A stretch of 64,000 bases of DNA from Thermomicrobiales bacterium (GTDB lineage: Bacteria > Chloroflexota > Chloroflexia > Thermomicrobiales > UBA6265), in NCBI GenBank assembly GCA_019637585.1, contig JAHBVL010000002.1, positions 380,023-444,022 on the forward strand, written 5' to 3'. Within the stretch, counting starts at the first letter, position 1. Each line of letters begins with the position of its first letter. A model generated the notes under the pieces. That model saw only the letters and a program-made list of their open reading frames with translations. It was not told where the DNA came from and made no database searches. The position numbers were made by a program, and so were the translations under genes. Below, piece by piece: positions 18,355 to 27,785 of this stretch.

Positions 18355-19313
18355 TCGTAGACCTCCCGGAATCGCCGCACGAACCAGTGGCTGAAGATGT
18401 TCAGTCCCAGGGTCATCAGGAAAAGGAGCAGACCGACAGCATAGAGGGAGTAATAGACATTGGTGCCCCGCACCACATCACCGGAGACGACTTGCACGAT
18501 GTACCCGGTCATGGTCTGGGCGGGTTGGAGCGGGTCAGACGCGATCTGCGCTTTCGAACCGGCGGCCAGGGCCACGATCATCGTTTCACCGACCGCCCGT
18601 GATGCCGCCAGAATGAACGACGCCACGATACCGGAGAGCGCAGCCGGCACGATGACCCTTGTGGAGACCTCGAACTTGGTGGCGCCCATCGCGTAGGCGC
18701 CTTCCCGCATCGCACGAGGCACCGCCCGAATGGCGTCTTCGGAGAGGGACGCAACCAGCGGAATGATCATGATGCCGACCGCAAGTCCCGCTGACAGAAC
18801 ATTGAACACGCTCGCACCCGGGAAAATTCTCTGGATGAGGTTCGGTGTGATGAACGAGAGCGCGAAGTAGCCATAGATGATGGTGGGGATACCCGCCAAA
18901 AGCTCCAGGGTCGGTTTCAGAATCGTTCGAGAGCGCTCGGACGCATACTCGCTGAGATAGATCGCGCTCATCAATCCGGCGGGCATCGCCACCAGCATGG
19001 CGATGAAGGTGATCATCATCGTCGCTGAAACGAGCGCAAGCACGCCAAAGGACTGGTCGAATTCGAAGAGCGCGGTCCAGCGGGTGCCGGTCAGGAACCG
19101 AAAGACCGACTCGGTGCGGAAGAACTGGATCGCTTCGGTGAGCAGGATGATGGCGATGCCCACCGTCGTCAGCACCGAAACGGCCGCGCAGACGAGGAGG
19201 ATGTATCCCGCGGTTTTTTCGATGAATCGCTGTCGTCTCAACAGGGCGTAGTTCACGCCACCTACGGCGGCGACGTTTTCCCGGCGGTCGAGACTCTCTG
19301 TCGTTGCGCTCAT
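18351..19313 (-). CDS. pstC: phosphate ABC transporter permease PstC
   Basis: Polytopic permease with 'MREGAYAMGATKFEV'. Operon position between pstS and pstA. Confidence 0.9.
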   Translation of the reverse strand: MSATTESLDRRENVAAVGGVNYALLRRQRFIEKTAGYILLVCAAVSVLTTVGIAIILLTEAIQFFRTESVFRFLTGTRWTALFEFDQSFGVLALVSATMMITFIAMLVAMPAGLMSAIYLSEYASERSRTILKPTLELLAGIPTIIYGYFALSFITPNLIQRIFPGASVFNVLSAGLAVGIMIIPLVASLSEDAIRAVPRAMREGAYAMGATKFEVSTRVIVPAALSGIVASFILAASRAVGETMIVALAAGSKAQIASDPLQPAQTMTGYIVQVVSGDVVRGTNVYYSLYAVGLLLFLMTLGLNIFSHWFVRRFREVYE

Positions 19314-19353
19314 GCTCAGTCAGATCCTGGATTGCCACTGCAGTTTTCGCAAA

Positions 19354-19390
19354 CGAACCGGCGCGCAAGCATAGCAAGCGCACCGGTTCG
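19354..19390 (-). terminator. 13-bp stem hairpin between pstS and pstC (partial terminator / mRNA stabiliser candidate)
   Basis: cgaaccggcgcgc-aagcatagcaa-gcgcaccggttcg (12/13 complementary). On the gene strand it is followed by TTTGCGAAAA. Confidence 0.5.
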
Positions 19391-19405
19391 CCGCGAAGTC
19401 TCGCT

Positions 19406-20446
19406 TTAGCCCTCGGCTGGGCCGTCGGGCGACGCTGTTCCCGCGATCGCGGCTTCGAGCCGGATCTGATCCTCCAGATAGACGCTGGCTGGCGAGGAAA
19501 CATACCCTACATCAGCGGAGAGGAAGCTGGCGTTGGCCAGGTAGAAGCGCATGAACTCCTGCATTTCCGGCCGGGTCAGGCTCTCGGCGTTCACGTAGAC
19601 GAAGAGCGGGCGAGAGAGCGGCGTGTAGGTGCCGTCACCAACCGTCTCCGGGCTCGGCGCGACGCAGCCGTTGCCGCCATCGATGGCGACCAGCTTCAGC
19701 GCGTCCGCATTGTTCTCGTAGTAGGCCAGACCGAAGTAGCCCAGAGCGTTGGCGTCGCCGGCCACACCCTGCACGAGCTGGTTGTCATCTTCACTCGGCG
19801 AGTAGTTCGTGGTCGAAACGCCCTCTTCACCATTGATCGCGGCGGTGAAGTAATCGAACGTCCCGGAGTCGGTGCCAGGACCATAGAGAACGATCGGCGC
19901 ATCCGGGAAGCTCGAATCGATCTGATTCCAGTTCGTGGCCGGATCCTCGGCTCGCCACATCAGGTTGAGCTGCTCGACCGTGAGGCACTCGACGAAGTCA
20001 TTGCTGGGATTGACCACCACCGCCATGCCGTCGTAGGCCACCTCGAACTCGAAGTAGCTGACCCCGGCTTCGCCGCACGCTGCCAGCTCTTTCTCGCTGA
20101 TCGCCCGGGAGGCGTTCTGCAGATCGGTTTCGCCGGCGCAGAAGCGCTCGAATCCGCCGCCCGTGCCGGAGATGCTGACTTCAACCTGGACGTCTCCGCC
20201 CCCTTCGTCGCCAAGCATGATGGCGAATTCTTCCGCCACCGCTTCGGTCATCGGGCCAACGGTCGAGGAGCCATCGGCCACGATCGTGCCCGAAAGAGCG
20301 CCAAGATCGTTGCCTGGCGTGTAGGGCAGAGGCGTTGCCTCCTGGGCCACCACTGTGCCGGATATGCCGATCGCCGCAGCCATCGACAACGCAAACGCCG
20401 CTCGCACCACGGTGCGGCGTGTCTGGACTGTGAACCGTTCCAACAT
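19406..20446 (-). CDS. pstS: phosphate ABC transporter substrate-binding protein PstS
   Basis: Signal peptide from M46 of the ORF ([27 protein letters not shown]...). 'GSSTVGP', 'ISGTGGG' and 'NASRAIS' PstS motifs. The ORF is open to 20581. Confidence 0.9.
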   Translation of the reverse strand: MLERFTVQTRRTVVRAAFALSMAAAIGISGTVVAQEATPLPYTPGNDLGALSGTIVADGSSTVGPMTEAVAEEFAIMLGDEGGGDVQVEVSISGTGGGFERFCAGETDLQNASRAISEKELAACGEAGVSYFEFEVAYDGMAVVVNPSNDFVECLTVEQLNLMWRAEDPATNWNQIDSSFPDAPIVLYGPGTDSGTFDYFTAAINGEEGVSTTNYSPSEDDNQLVQGVAGDANALGYFGLAYYENNADALKLVAIDGGNGCVAPSPETVGDGTYTPLSRPLFVYVNAESLTRPEMQEFMRFYLANASFLSADVGYVSSPASVYLEDQIRLEAAIAGTASPDGPAEG

Positions 20447-20570
20447 GGATCTCGCTGTCCTTTCCCTACGATGCAGGACTCGTCCGCTCGACGTTCGTGC
20501 CGGCTTTGGCCTGGCGACCGGAGAGGGTCGACAGAGAAACGCGGCCAACGCCATCAATCTACCCAGAGGG

Positions 20571-20598
20571 GGTAAGTCCAAGGTAATCGAAAGGTAAA
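20571..20598 (-). promoter_or_regulatory. Pho-box-like direct repeats: three TTACC units with exact 11-bp periodicity upstream of pstS
   Basis: Gene strand reads cTGTTTACCtttcgaTTACCttggacTTACCccc. On the top strand, GGTAA occurs at 20571, 20582 and 20593. Located 125-152 nt upstream of ATG 20446. Resembles TT(A/T/C)ACA PhoP/PhoB-type boxes. Confidence 0.45.
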
Positions 20599-20633
20599 CA
20601 GCATGTTATGGACGTGCCCAACGCTCGACGCTC

Positions 20634-21935
20634 CTAGCCGGCAGTGGAGGTGAGACCGCGCAGGAACTCGAATGCGGCCATCAGCTGCTCGTCGACGCCA
20701 TCAGGATCGTCGATCGCCTCGACGACCTGGTCGGGGGTCAATCCCTCGCCTTCGATGGTGTTGCCGGCCGGCGTCAACCAGTGAGCGAAGGTCAGCCGCA
20801 GCGATGCGCCATCGTCGAACTCGTGCACCCGCTGTACCGATCCCTTGCCGAACGTCTGCTCGCCGATGATCGTGGCTCGTTCGTAGTCGCTCAGGGCGCC
20901 CGCCACGATTTCCGACGCGCTGGCGGTGCCACGGTTGACCAGCACCACCACCGGGAGTTCGTACTCGGTCACCTCGCCGGTGATGATCGGTTCGGCCTGT
21001 TCATCCCCTTCTGTGGTGGGATCGAAGTCCTCATAGAGAGCCGGACCCGTGGATTCCTCGACGAAGCGCCCGAGCGTTGCCTGGGCCGCTTCGACCCAGC
21101 CGCCCCCGTTGTTGCGCAAGTCGATGACGATGCCGATCGCGCCATCCTCCTTCGCCTGTCGCAATGCGGTATCGAGTTCCTCTACCGTCCGGTCACCAAA
21201 AATCGTGATCTGGATGATCCCAACCGAGTGCTCTTCGTCGAAGGTGTACTTGACGACCGGATAGGCGATGCGCTCCCGGACGATATCGAAACTCAGCGTT
21301 TCCTCCGTGGATGGACGAGCGATCACAAGGTGCACCGACTCACCGGCGGGTCCAACGAGTGCGTCAACAGCCCCCGTTCCGTCCATGCCGTCGGTGCGCA
21401 CGCCATCGATTTCGACGATCAGGTCGCCCGACAGGAGTCCGGCTTTTTCCGCCGGCGAACCCGGAACCGGCGCCACAACCTTCACCTGACCATCCTGCGA
21501 CGAAACCCAGACCCCGATCCCCTCATACGTCCCGCTCAGCGAGTCAGACGCGGCCTCGGTTTGGCTGGGCGGCAGATAGGTCGAGTGACCGTCGAGTCCT
21601 TCAGTCAGCCCCTGAATAGCCCGCTCTTCCAGATCGTGCCAGAACGAGCTGCTCGCGTCGGAGCCATCCGGCATCAGGTAGTACTCGTCCTCGATCAGCT
21701 GCATCACCGATTCGAGGCGCGAAAACGGGGGCGGAGCCGCCGAACCTGACGAATCGGTGTCGAGAGAGCTCACTTCGACCGGATTGTTCGTACTGGTGGG
21801 CTCGAGCACATGCCGGTCGAAGAGCACACCGGCGCCAAAGGCCACCATGCCGAGCACCAGCACCGTGCAGATTCCGAGAGCGATCAGTTGAATGGTGTGA
21901 AGCCGGGAACGCGGGCTTCCTGCGTATTCGTTCAT
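20634..21935 (-). CDS. ctpA: S41-family C-terminal processing peptidase with PDZ domain
   Basis: N-terminal TM from M90 of the ORF (MNEYAGSPRSRLHTIQLIALGICTVLVL). 'GSPAEKAGLLSGDLIVEIDG' (PDZ). 'VVLVNRGTASASEIVAGAL...GEQTFGKGSVQ' (S41 catalytic Ser/Lys). Confidence 0.85.
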   Translation of the reverse strand: MNEYAGSPRSRLHTIQLIALGICTVLVLGMVAFGAGVLFDRHVLEPTSTNNPVEVSSLDTDSSGSAAPPPFSRLESVMQLIEDEYYLMPDGSDASSSFWHDLEERAIQGLTEGLDGHSTYLPPSQTEAASDSLSGTYEGIGVWVSSQDGQVKVVAPVPGSPAEKAGLLSGDLIVEIDGVRTDGMDGTGAVDALVGPAGESVHLVIARPSTEETLSFDIVRERIAYPVVKYTFDEEHSVGIIQITIFGDRTVEELDTALRQAKEDGAIGIVIDLRNNGGGWVEAAQATLGRFVEESTGPALYEDFDPTTEGDEQAEPIITGEVTEYELPVVVLVNRGTASASEIVAGALSDYERATIIGEQTFGKGSVQRVHEFDDGASLRLTFAHWLTPAGNTIEGEGLTPDQVVEAIDDPDGVDEQLMAAFEFLRGLTSTAG

Positions 21936-22037
21936 CGTAAAAGGGGATCCTGCGTGTGCGCGAATCAGATCGGCGACGATATCAGCCTCCGATGATACTC
22001 TCCGGAGCAATCTACGGCCGGAATCGCTTCTGATCCG

Positions 22038-22814
22038 ATGGATACAACCATGCCCGATCTCGTGCTGGCAATCGACATTGGCAATTCGGCGGTCAAGTTC
22101 GGCATCGGTCCCCGAAACTCGGCCTCCTGGCACGACCTGTGGCGACTGCCCACCCAATCCGCAACTGAGTCGGACGAGTGGGCCTCCCTCCTCCTGCCGC
22201 ACCTGCCACCTGATATACGTGTGAAGCTGGCATCCGTGGTCTGTTCGAGCGTCGTCCCGCTCGTCGCCGAAGCGCTCCTCGACGGATTGCGGCAGCTCGT
22301 GCCGGTGGAGCCGGTCGTAGTCACCGCCAGAACGCCGATGGCCATCCGGGTGACAACCGACCTGCCAGAGAGAACCGGATCAGACCGGATCGTCAACGCC
22401 AATACGATGTGGATCACCAGAGGCGGTCCGTCGATCGTGATCGACGCCGGCACCGCAACCAAGATCGATGCGGTGACGGCGACAGGGGAGTTTCCCGGCG
22501 GGATCATCGCTCCCGGCGTTGGCACGATGATGGACGGACTGGCCCGCCGCGCCGCTCAGCTCTCGGAAGTCCCGGTTGCGATGCCGGAACGCGCCATCGG
22601 CAGGAATACCGCAACGGCCATTCAGTCAGGTGTTGTCCTTGGACACACCCGCATGATCGAAGGGCTGATCCAGGACGTCACCGCCGAGCTGGGCCAGGTG
22701 GTCGATGTGGTCATGACGGGCGGCTTCAGCGCATTGCTGGCTCCCCATATTCCCAGCGTCCGCGCGGTCGAACCGACCTTTGTGCTCGACGGCCTGCGAC
22801 ACCTCACCGGTTGA
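22038..22814 (+). CDS. coaX: type III pantothenate kinase
   Basis: 'LVLAIDIGNSAVKFG', 'GSDRIVNA', 'IVIDAGTATKIDAV...FPGGIIAPG'. Confidence 0.9.
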   Translation: MDTTMPDLVLAIDIGNSAVKFGIGPRNSASWHDLWRLPTQSATESDEWASLLLPHLPPDIRVKLASVVCSSVVPLVAEALLDGLRQLVPVEPVVVTARTPMAIRVTTDLPERTGSDRIVNANTMWITRGGPSIVIDAGTATKIDAVTATGEFPGGIIAPGVGTMMDGLARRAAQLSEVPVAMPERAIGRNTATAIQSGVVLGHTRMIEGLIQDVTAELGQVVDVVMTGGFSALLAPHIPSVRAVEPTFVLDGLRHLTG

Positions 22815-22840
22815 CGCCACGGAGTCCCGTTCCGGCTTTT

Positions 22841-23023
22841 GCCGCATATCCAGCCAAATTCGTATACTTCGGCATCACGATCCTTCTGTCCTGGCCTACG
22901 CGCATTGAGCCGGAACCCGTCAGGTCATACCAGGGCGGGAGCCGCGCACTATGCTGCTACCTGGCCGAACCGCCGGACAGAGCGATCGAAGCGTCTCCAG
23001 TGATCTTCACCGGAGATATCGGC
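22841..23023 (+). ncRNA. candidate structured RNA / 5' leader: ~180-nt imperfect rod-like hairpin upstream of the EF-G paralogue
   Basis: Nested helices read by hand. 22841-22851 pairs with 23012-23023 (10 bp, 2 bulges). 22874-22878 pairs with 23000-23004. 22879-22891 pairs with 22975-22987 (12/13, one G-U, one mismatch). The apical stem is 22916-22921 / 22934-22939. No family assigned. Confidence 0.25.
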
Positions 23024-23048
23024 TGATTGTTGGAAGTGGGGTTGCGCC

Positions 23049-25121
23049 GTGAACCAGTACGCCGCCAGTGACATTCGCAATGTTGGGCTTTTCTCTCATG
23101 GTGGCGCGGGAAAGACGTCCCTGGTCGAAGCGATGCTCTACGTCTCCAAAGCGACAACGCGGCAGGGCAAGGTCGAAGACGGCAACACCACCACCGACTT
23201 CGATCCGGACGAGATCAAGCGCCGCATGTCGATCAGTCTCGGGCTGGCGCCGGTCGAATGGAATGGCGTCAAGATCAACCTCATCGATACGCCCGGTTAT
23301 GCCGACTTCCTCGGTGAAGTCGCGTCGGCGATGGCGGTTGTCGACACGGCACTCATCCTCCTCGACGCCTCTGCCGGGGTTGAGGTCGGCTCCGAGAACG
23401 CCTGGCAGCTTGCCGGCAAGCAGAACCTGCAGCGCGTTCTCTTCATCAACAAGATGGACCGGGAGAACGCCGACTACGCCCGGTCTCTCGAAAGCGCCAC
23501 ATCGGTGTTCGGCAATGCGCTGGCCCCGGTTCAGATCCCCATCGGCAAGGAAAAGGACTTCCGCGGCGTCGTCGATCTGCTGTCAAACAAAGCCTTCGTC
23601 TTCGATGGAGCCGACTTCAGTGAAGCCGCTGTTCCAGCCGAGATGGCGGACGAAATCGCGACCTACCGGCAAACCCTCGTCGAGGCTCTCGCCGAAACCG
23701 ACGAAACGCTGATGATGCGCTATCTCGACGATGAGGAGATCACGGCCGACGAGCTTCTGGCGGCACTGAAAGCGAGCGTCAGAACGGGCGAAGTCGTGCC
23801 GGTGTTCTGCGGATCGGGCACCACCGTCAAGGGCGTTCCACAGCTGCTCCAGGGTTTGGGCGATTTTGCGCTGCCGGCGAGCGAGCGAATGGCGACCGGC
23901 ACCGAGAACGACGCAGAGATCGCGCTGACCGAAGACCCCTCGGGGCCGCTCGCCGCGAAAGTCTTCAAGACCTTCGCCGATCCGCATGTCGGCCGGCTCT
24001 CCTATTTCCGCGTTTTCTCGGGCACGCTCAAATCGAATGCAACCGTCAAGAACAGCAGCCAGGGCAAGTCGGAGCGCCTCGGCCAGGTCTTCTACATTCG
24101 CGGCAAGGACCATATCAACACCGACGAGGTTCGCGCCGGTGATATCGCGGCCGTCGGCAAACTCGCCGATACCCATACCGGCGATACCCTCTGCGATGAA
24201 GGTCACGCGATCGATCTGGGACCGATCGACTTCCCACCGACAGCCTATTCCGCGGCCGTCAATCCGAAAACCAAAGCCGATCTGGACAAGCTGGGCCAGG
24301 CGCTCCACCGCATGGTCGAAGAGGACCCCACGCTGCAGCTCGGCCGCGACTCCGTGACAGGCGAAACGCTCCTCTCCGGTCTCGGCGAGCCACACATCCA
24401 GATCGCGCTCGATCGCATGACGCGCCGGTATGGCGTCAATGTCGACGTCGGTTTGCCGCGCGTGCAGTACCGCGAGACGATTTCCAGCAAGACGACATCG
24501 GAGTACAAGCACAAGAAGCAGACCGGTGGCGCCGGCCAGTATGGTCATGTTTTCCTCGATCTCGAACCACTGCCCGAGTCTGAGTTCGAGTTCTCCGAAC
24601 GGGTGGTGGGCGGATCTGTGCCCAGGAACTTCTTCCCTGCGGTGGAAAAGGGCGTACGGGAGGCGCTGGAAGCCGGACCGCTCGCCGGCTACCCCGTGGT
24701 CAATGTCCGGGTCACCCTCTTCGACGGCAGCTATCACGACGTCGACTCGAACGAGATGGCCTTCAAACTGGCGTCGAAAGAGGCATTCAAGAAAGGCATC
24801 CTGCAGGGACGGCCGACCCTCCTCGAACCAGTGCTCAACATTTCCATCACAGTTCCCGACACGTTCACGGGCGATGTGATGGGCGACTTGAACAGCAAGC
24901 GCGCGCACGTCAGCGGCATGAATCCGGGTGAGAATGGATCGACGACGATCGAAGCGACCGTTCCCGCCGCGGAGGTCCAGCGCTACGCCACCGACCTCCG
25001 GTCGATCACGCAGGGTCGTGGCTCGTTTGCGACGACCTTCTCCCACTACCAGCCGGTACCACCGAATCTCTCCGAGTCGATCATGGCCGAAGCGCGCGAG
25101 CGGGAAGCAGTCGCACACTAG
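23049..25121 (+). CDS. elongation factor G family GTPase (EF-G paralogue)
   Basis: GTG start. 'IRNVGLFSHGGAGKTSLVEAML', 'DTPGYADF', 'NKMDRE'. Five-domain length (690 aa). The N-terminus diverges from canonical FusA, which suggests an EF-G2-like paralogue. Confidence 0.85.
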   Translation: MNQYAASDIRNVGLFSHGGAGKTSLVEAMLYVSKATTRQGKVEDGNTTTDFDPDEIKRRMSISLGLAPVEWNGVKINLIDTPGYADFLGEVASAMAVVDTALILLDASAGVEVGSENAWQLAGKQNLQRVLFINKMDRENADYARSLESATSVFGNALAPVQIPIGKEKDFRGVVDLLSNKAFVFDGADFSEAAVPAEMADEIATYRQTLVEALAETDETLMMRYLDDEEITADELLAALKASVRTGEVVPVFCGSGTTVKGVPQLLQGLGDFALPASERMATGTENDAEIALTEDPSGPLAAKVFKTFADPHVGRLSYFRVFSGTLKSNATVKNSSQGKSERLGQVFYIRGKDHINTDEVRAGDIAAVGKLADTHTGDTLCDEGHAIDLGPIDFPPTAYSAAVNPKTKADLDKLGQALHRMVEEDPTLQLGRDSVTGETLLSGLGEPHIQIALDRMTRRYGVNVDVGLPRVQYRETISSKTTSEYKHKKQTGGAGQYGHVFLDLEPLPESEFEFSERVVGGSVPRNFFPAVEKGVREALEAGPLAGYPVVNVRVTLFDGSYHDVDSNEMAFKLASKEAFKKGILQGRPTLLEPVLNISITVPDTFTGDVMGDLNSKRAHVSGMNPGENGSTTIEATVPAAEVQRYATDLRSITQGRGSFATTFSHYQPVPPNLSESIMAEAREREAVAH

Positions 25122-25583
25122 GTGGCCAATCCGGCAGGCACATCAGCGCAAAACGCGCCGCCATTCCATCAGGGAACGGCGGCGCACCCCTACGTCGTCA
25201 TCTTCGACGGCGGATCGCTGGGCAACCCGGGCAAGGGGTACGGGAGCTACCTGCTGGTCAGTCCGACGGGCAGGCAGGTGCACCGCGAGCTCGATTTCTC
25301 CGAGGACAACCCGGTCATGACCAACAATCAGGCCGAGTACCGCACCTTGATCGAGGCATTGCTCAATCTTCGGGAGCTCCTTGCCGATCGTTCGGCGACG
25401 GCGGCGGTGCGCATCGAAGGGGACAGTCAGCTGGTCCTCAACCAGCTGAAAGGCACCTGGAAAGTCAAGAATGAAGGGTTGCGGCTTCTGCACACAGAGG
25501 CCCGGGCGATCCTGCCGTCGTTCGGCTCAGTCGAGTTTCGGTGGCATCCGCGGGAGCGGTCGGTGAAGATTCTGGGGCATTGA
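25122..25583 (+). CDS. rnhA: ribonuclease HI-family protein
   Basis: 'VVIFDGGSLGNPG', 'TNNQAEYRTLIEAL', 'IEGDSQLVLNQLKGTWKVKN'. GTG start immediately after the EF-G stop. Confidence 0.8.
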   Translation: MANPAGTSAQNAPPFHQGTAAHPYVVIFDGGSLGNPGKGYGSYLLVSPTGRQVHRELDFSEDNPVMTNNQAEYRTLIEALLNLRELLADRSATAAVRIEGDSQLVLNQLKGTWKVKNEGLRLLHTEARAILPSFGSVEFRWHPRERSVKILGH

Positions 25584-25720
25584 AGTCGGAGTCCGGAGTC
25601 CGACGATCGTAGGTCGTGGATAGTTGATGGTAGATAGCTGCTGGTACGTGGCAGCGTGGTCCAAGCCGGACGACCGACTACCTGCTATCTACCAATCACC
25701 ATCAACCATCCACCACCGCC
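25584..25720. repeat. composite heptamer-periodic repeat: (AGTCCGG)x~3, then a GTNGATN-type array and its inverted complement (long imperfect hairpin)
   Basis: agtcggagtccggagtccga. Then gtggatagttgatggtagatagc (25614-25636), mirrored by gctatctaccaatcaccatcaaccatccac (25684-25713). Confidence 0.8.
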
Positions 25721-25756
25721 GGATGCCCCTCCCGTGCTATACTCGCTCTCCCTTCG

Positions 25757-25830
<74 letters not shown>

Positions 25831-25915
25831 CCCAACGCACGAGGCTCAAACCTTCGCCTGATCCAACGTTTGGCGGGGTTTGGGCCTCGTTTGCTGTCAG
25901 GCTCTCTCCCCCGGC

Positions 25916-26101
25916 CTACCCGGCGGCGTACTCGCCGTGGTGGGCGTCGATCCGCCGGGTCATCTGGTCCAGCTCGGCGAGGATGCGGTTCTGTTCGCGT
26001 TTGAGCATCGTCAGGGAGATGGCGTCGGCGTAGTGGGCCTGGACGAGTCGACGCGTCAGTCGGGCTTGCACTTGGCGGCGCAAGCGGTCGATCCCGCGCA
26101 C
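25916..26101 (-). pseudogene. remnant of a serine-recombinase C-terminus (about 60 codons only)
   Basis: 'LVQAHYADAISLTMLKREQNRILAELDQMTRRIDA' resembles the C-terminal coiled-coil of large serine recombinases. No catalytic domain upstream (frame closed). Lies 86 nt after tRNA-Val. Confidence 0.45.
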
Positions 26102-26268
26102 CTATCCTAGGCCACGCGGTTAGCGGCGGCAACGCCACGGAGGGTGCTCTGGGTGGAGGGTTCGCTAGTGCGAACGAGCGCAGTAGGTCGGCTTCGACCC
26201 CATGAGCTGGCCCGCCGACGCTGGCTACGGCCTCGGCCGGATGGCAGTGGCAGAGGTACCCTGACCTG

Positions 26269-27459
26269 ATGACGGTGACGGTGACAAGCGGCGAGGTGAC
26301 CGCGTTTCGTCTCCACGCTCACCACCTCACCAACCGGTTAGGTGAGCGTGGGCTACTCGATGCGGCCGGGGGTTGCGGCGTGCAGAACAGCCCGCCTGGG
26401 TCGGCGCTGCTCGCCTTCCACGCCAGGGTGCAGAACCTCACACAGGAACGGGTTGACGAAGCAGTAAGCGAGGACAAGAGCCTGTTGCAGAGCTGGTCCA
26501 TGCGCGGCTCACCCTTCTACTTCCCGACCGCAGACGCACCGGTGTTCACCACCGGCGTCCTCCCGCCCACCGAGGAGGCGATGCGGCAGTTCATCCCTGG
26601 GGTGGGACCGGCGGTGGACAAGCTCGGCCTCACTCTCACCGAGGCCGTTGAGCTGACCGGCGGCGAGATCGGCGACGTGCTGACCGGCCGCCAACTCGCC
26701 ATCGACGACCTCGGAGCAGAACTTGCCGAGCGGATCGCTAAGAAGCTGTCGAAGAAGCGACGCGACACCTGGGACGAAGAAGGTCCCCACGCCGCTGGCC
26801 AGCCGCTCGGCGAGGCCGTCGTGCACTTCTGCATCCGCATCCTGACGTTGCAGGGGGTGGTCTGCCTCGCGCCGCGGGCGGGGAACAAGGCCCCGTTCGT
26901 CTTGGTCGACGAATGGTTGGATGATCCGATCCCGGACATCGAACCGGATCATGCGCGTGCCGAGCTGGTTCGCCGCTACCTGCGCTGCTATGGACCGTCC
27001 ACACGAGCGGACTTCGCCGCATGGTTGGGGGTTCGCGCGGGCGACGCGGGCCCCTGGTGGAGCCTGGTCGAGGACGAGATGACACCGGTCGAGTTCGGTC
27101 GTAAGGCGTGGGTTCTAACCGAGGATCTCGACGCGTTGCGCTCGGCGCCGACACCAACGGAAGTGCGTCTGCTGCCGCCACGCGATCCCTACACGCAGTT
27201 GCGCGACCGCGAGACGATCGTAGACAAGAGGTACCACCAGGACGTGTGGAAGACGGTCGGCGACCCAGGCACGGTCCTCGCGGGAGGCAAGATCACCGGC
27301 ATCTGGCGTCCACACAAGACCGGACGGAAACTGACCATCAGCATCAAGACGTTCGGCGCCTTGCCAGTCCGAGACAAGAAATCGCTGCGGGCCGAGGCTG
27401 AACAGGTCGCACCACTGCGTGGAGCATCTTCCGTGGACGTTGAGTTCGACACCTACTGA
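26269..27459 (+). CDS. winged-helix DNA-binding protein of the AlkZ/YcaQ (DUF1006) DNA-glycosylase-like family
   Basis: 'FRLHAHHLTNRLGE...GVQNSPPGSALLAFHARV...SLLQSWSMRGSPFYF' and a C-terminal 'ITGIWR' pattern typical of this family. 396 aa. Confidence 0.7.
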   Translation: MTVTVTSGEVTAFRLHAHHLTNRLGERGLLDAAGGCGVQNSPPGSALLAFHARVQNLTQERVDEAVSEDKSLLQSWSMRGSPFYFPTADAPVFTTGVLPPTEEAMRQFIPGVGPAVDKLGLTLTEAVELTGGEIGDVLTGRQLAIDDLGAELAERIAKKLSKKRRDTWDEEGPHAAGQPLGEAVVHFCIRILTLQGVVCLAPRAGNKAPFVLVDEWLDDPIPDIEPDHARAELVRRYLRCYGPSTRADFAAWLGVRAGDAGPWWSLVEDEMTPVEFGRKAWVLTEDLDALRSAPTPTEVRLLPPRDPYTQLRDRETIVDKRYHQDVWKTVGDPGTVLAGGKITGIWRPHKTGRKLTISIKTFGALPVRDKKSLRAEAEQVAPLRGASSVDVEFDTY

Positions 27460-27785
27460 CCGCTCCCAAAGCCAGCGCACGCACCGCGCTGCGCGCCAGT
27501 GCACCCAGCAGCGAGACCTGCCACGCCTCCGACTTGAGGCTCCGCCACCCTCTCGGCACTGCCCGCTCGGAGCTGTCACACGTCTTGCAACGACCGGATC
27601 GACCCGCCCTCGGTGGGGCCTGGCGACCTACCTCGCTGGCATGGGATGCCACGACGGATCGGACGCCGAAATGGCGGCACCCCTCACACTCGCCCCTGGC
27701 CCCACCGGCTGATTCCCCACAGAGAACAGCTACTCGACCAGCGCCGGCCCGTTCAGATGCGAACTGCGCCACAGCGACAGCTGCG

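Noticed and set aside
22914-22950. SRP (4.5S/ffs) RNA-like word CCGTCAGGTC in the coaX/EF-G spacer, tempting because ffh and ftsY are in the window
   Set aside because: The following sequence (ATACCAGGGCGGGAGCC) lacks the GGAA tetraloop and the GGAAGCAGC 3' half of the conserved domain IV on either strand. I kept it only as an unassigned structured-RNA candidate.
23583-25118. 511-aa minus-strand ORF opposite EF-G. Similar cases: 39599-41029, 40608-41726, 57056-58396, 59136-61052 and 61727-62626
   Set aside because: These are shadow ORFs antisense to well-supported genes, with low-complexity Arg/Gly/Asp-rich translations and no recognisable domains.
27460-27785. 325-nt gene-free stretch after the AlkZ-like gene, examined for a small gene or RNA
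   Set aside because: I could not recognise any ORF with plausible composition, any repeat or any convincing structure. It may be a pseudogene remnant, but I cannot support that from the sequence alone.
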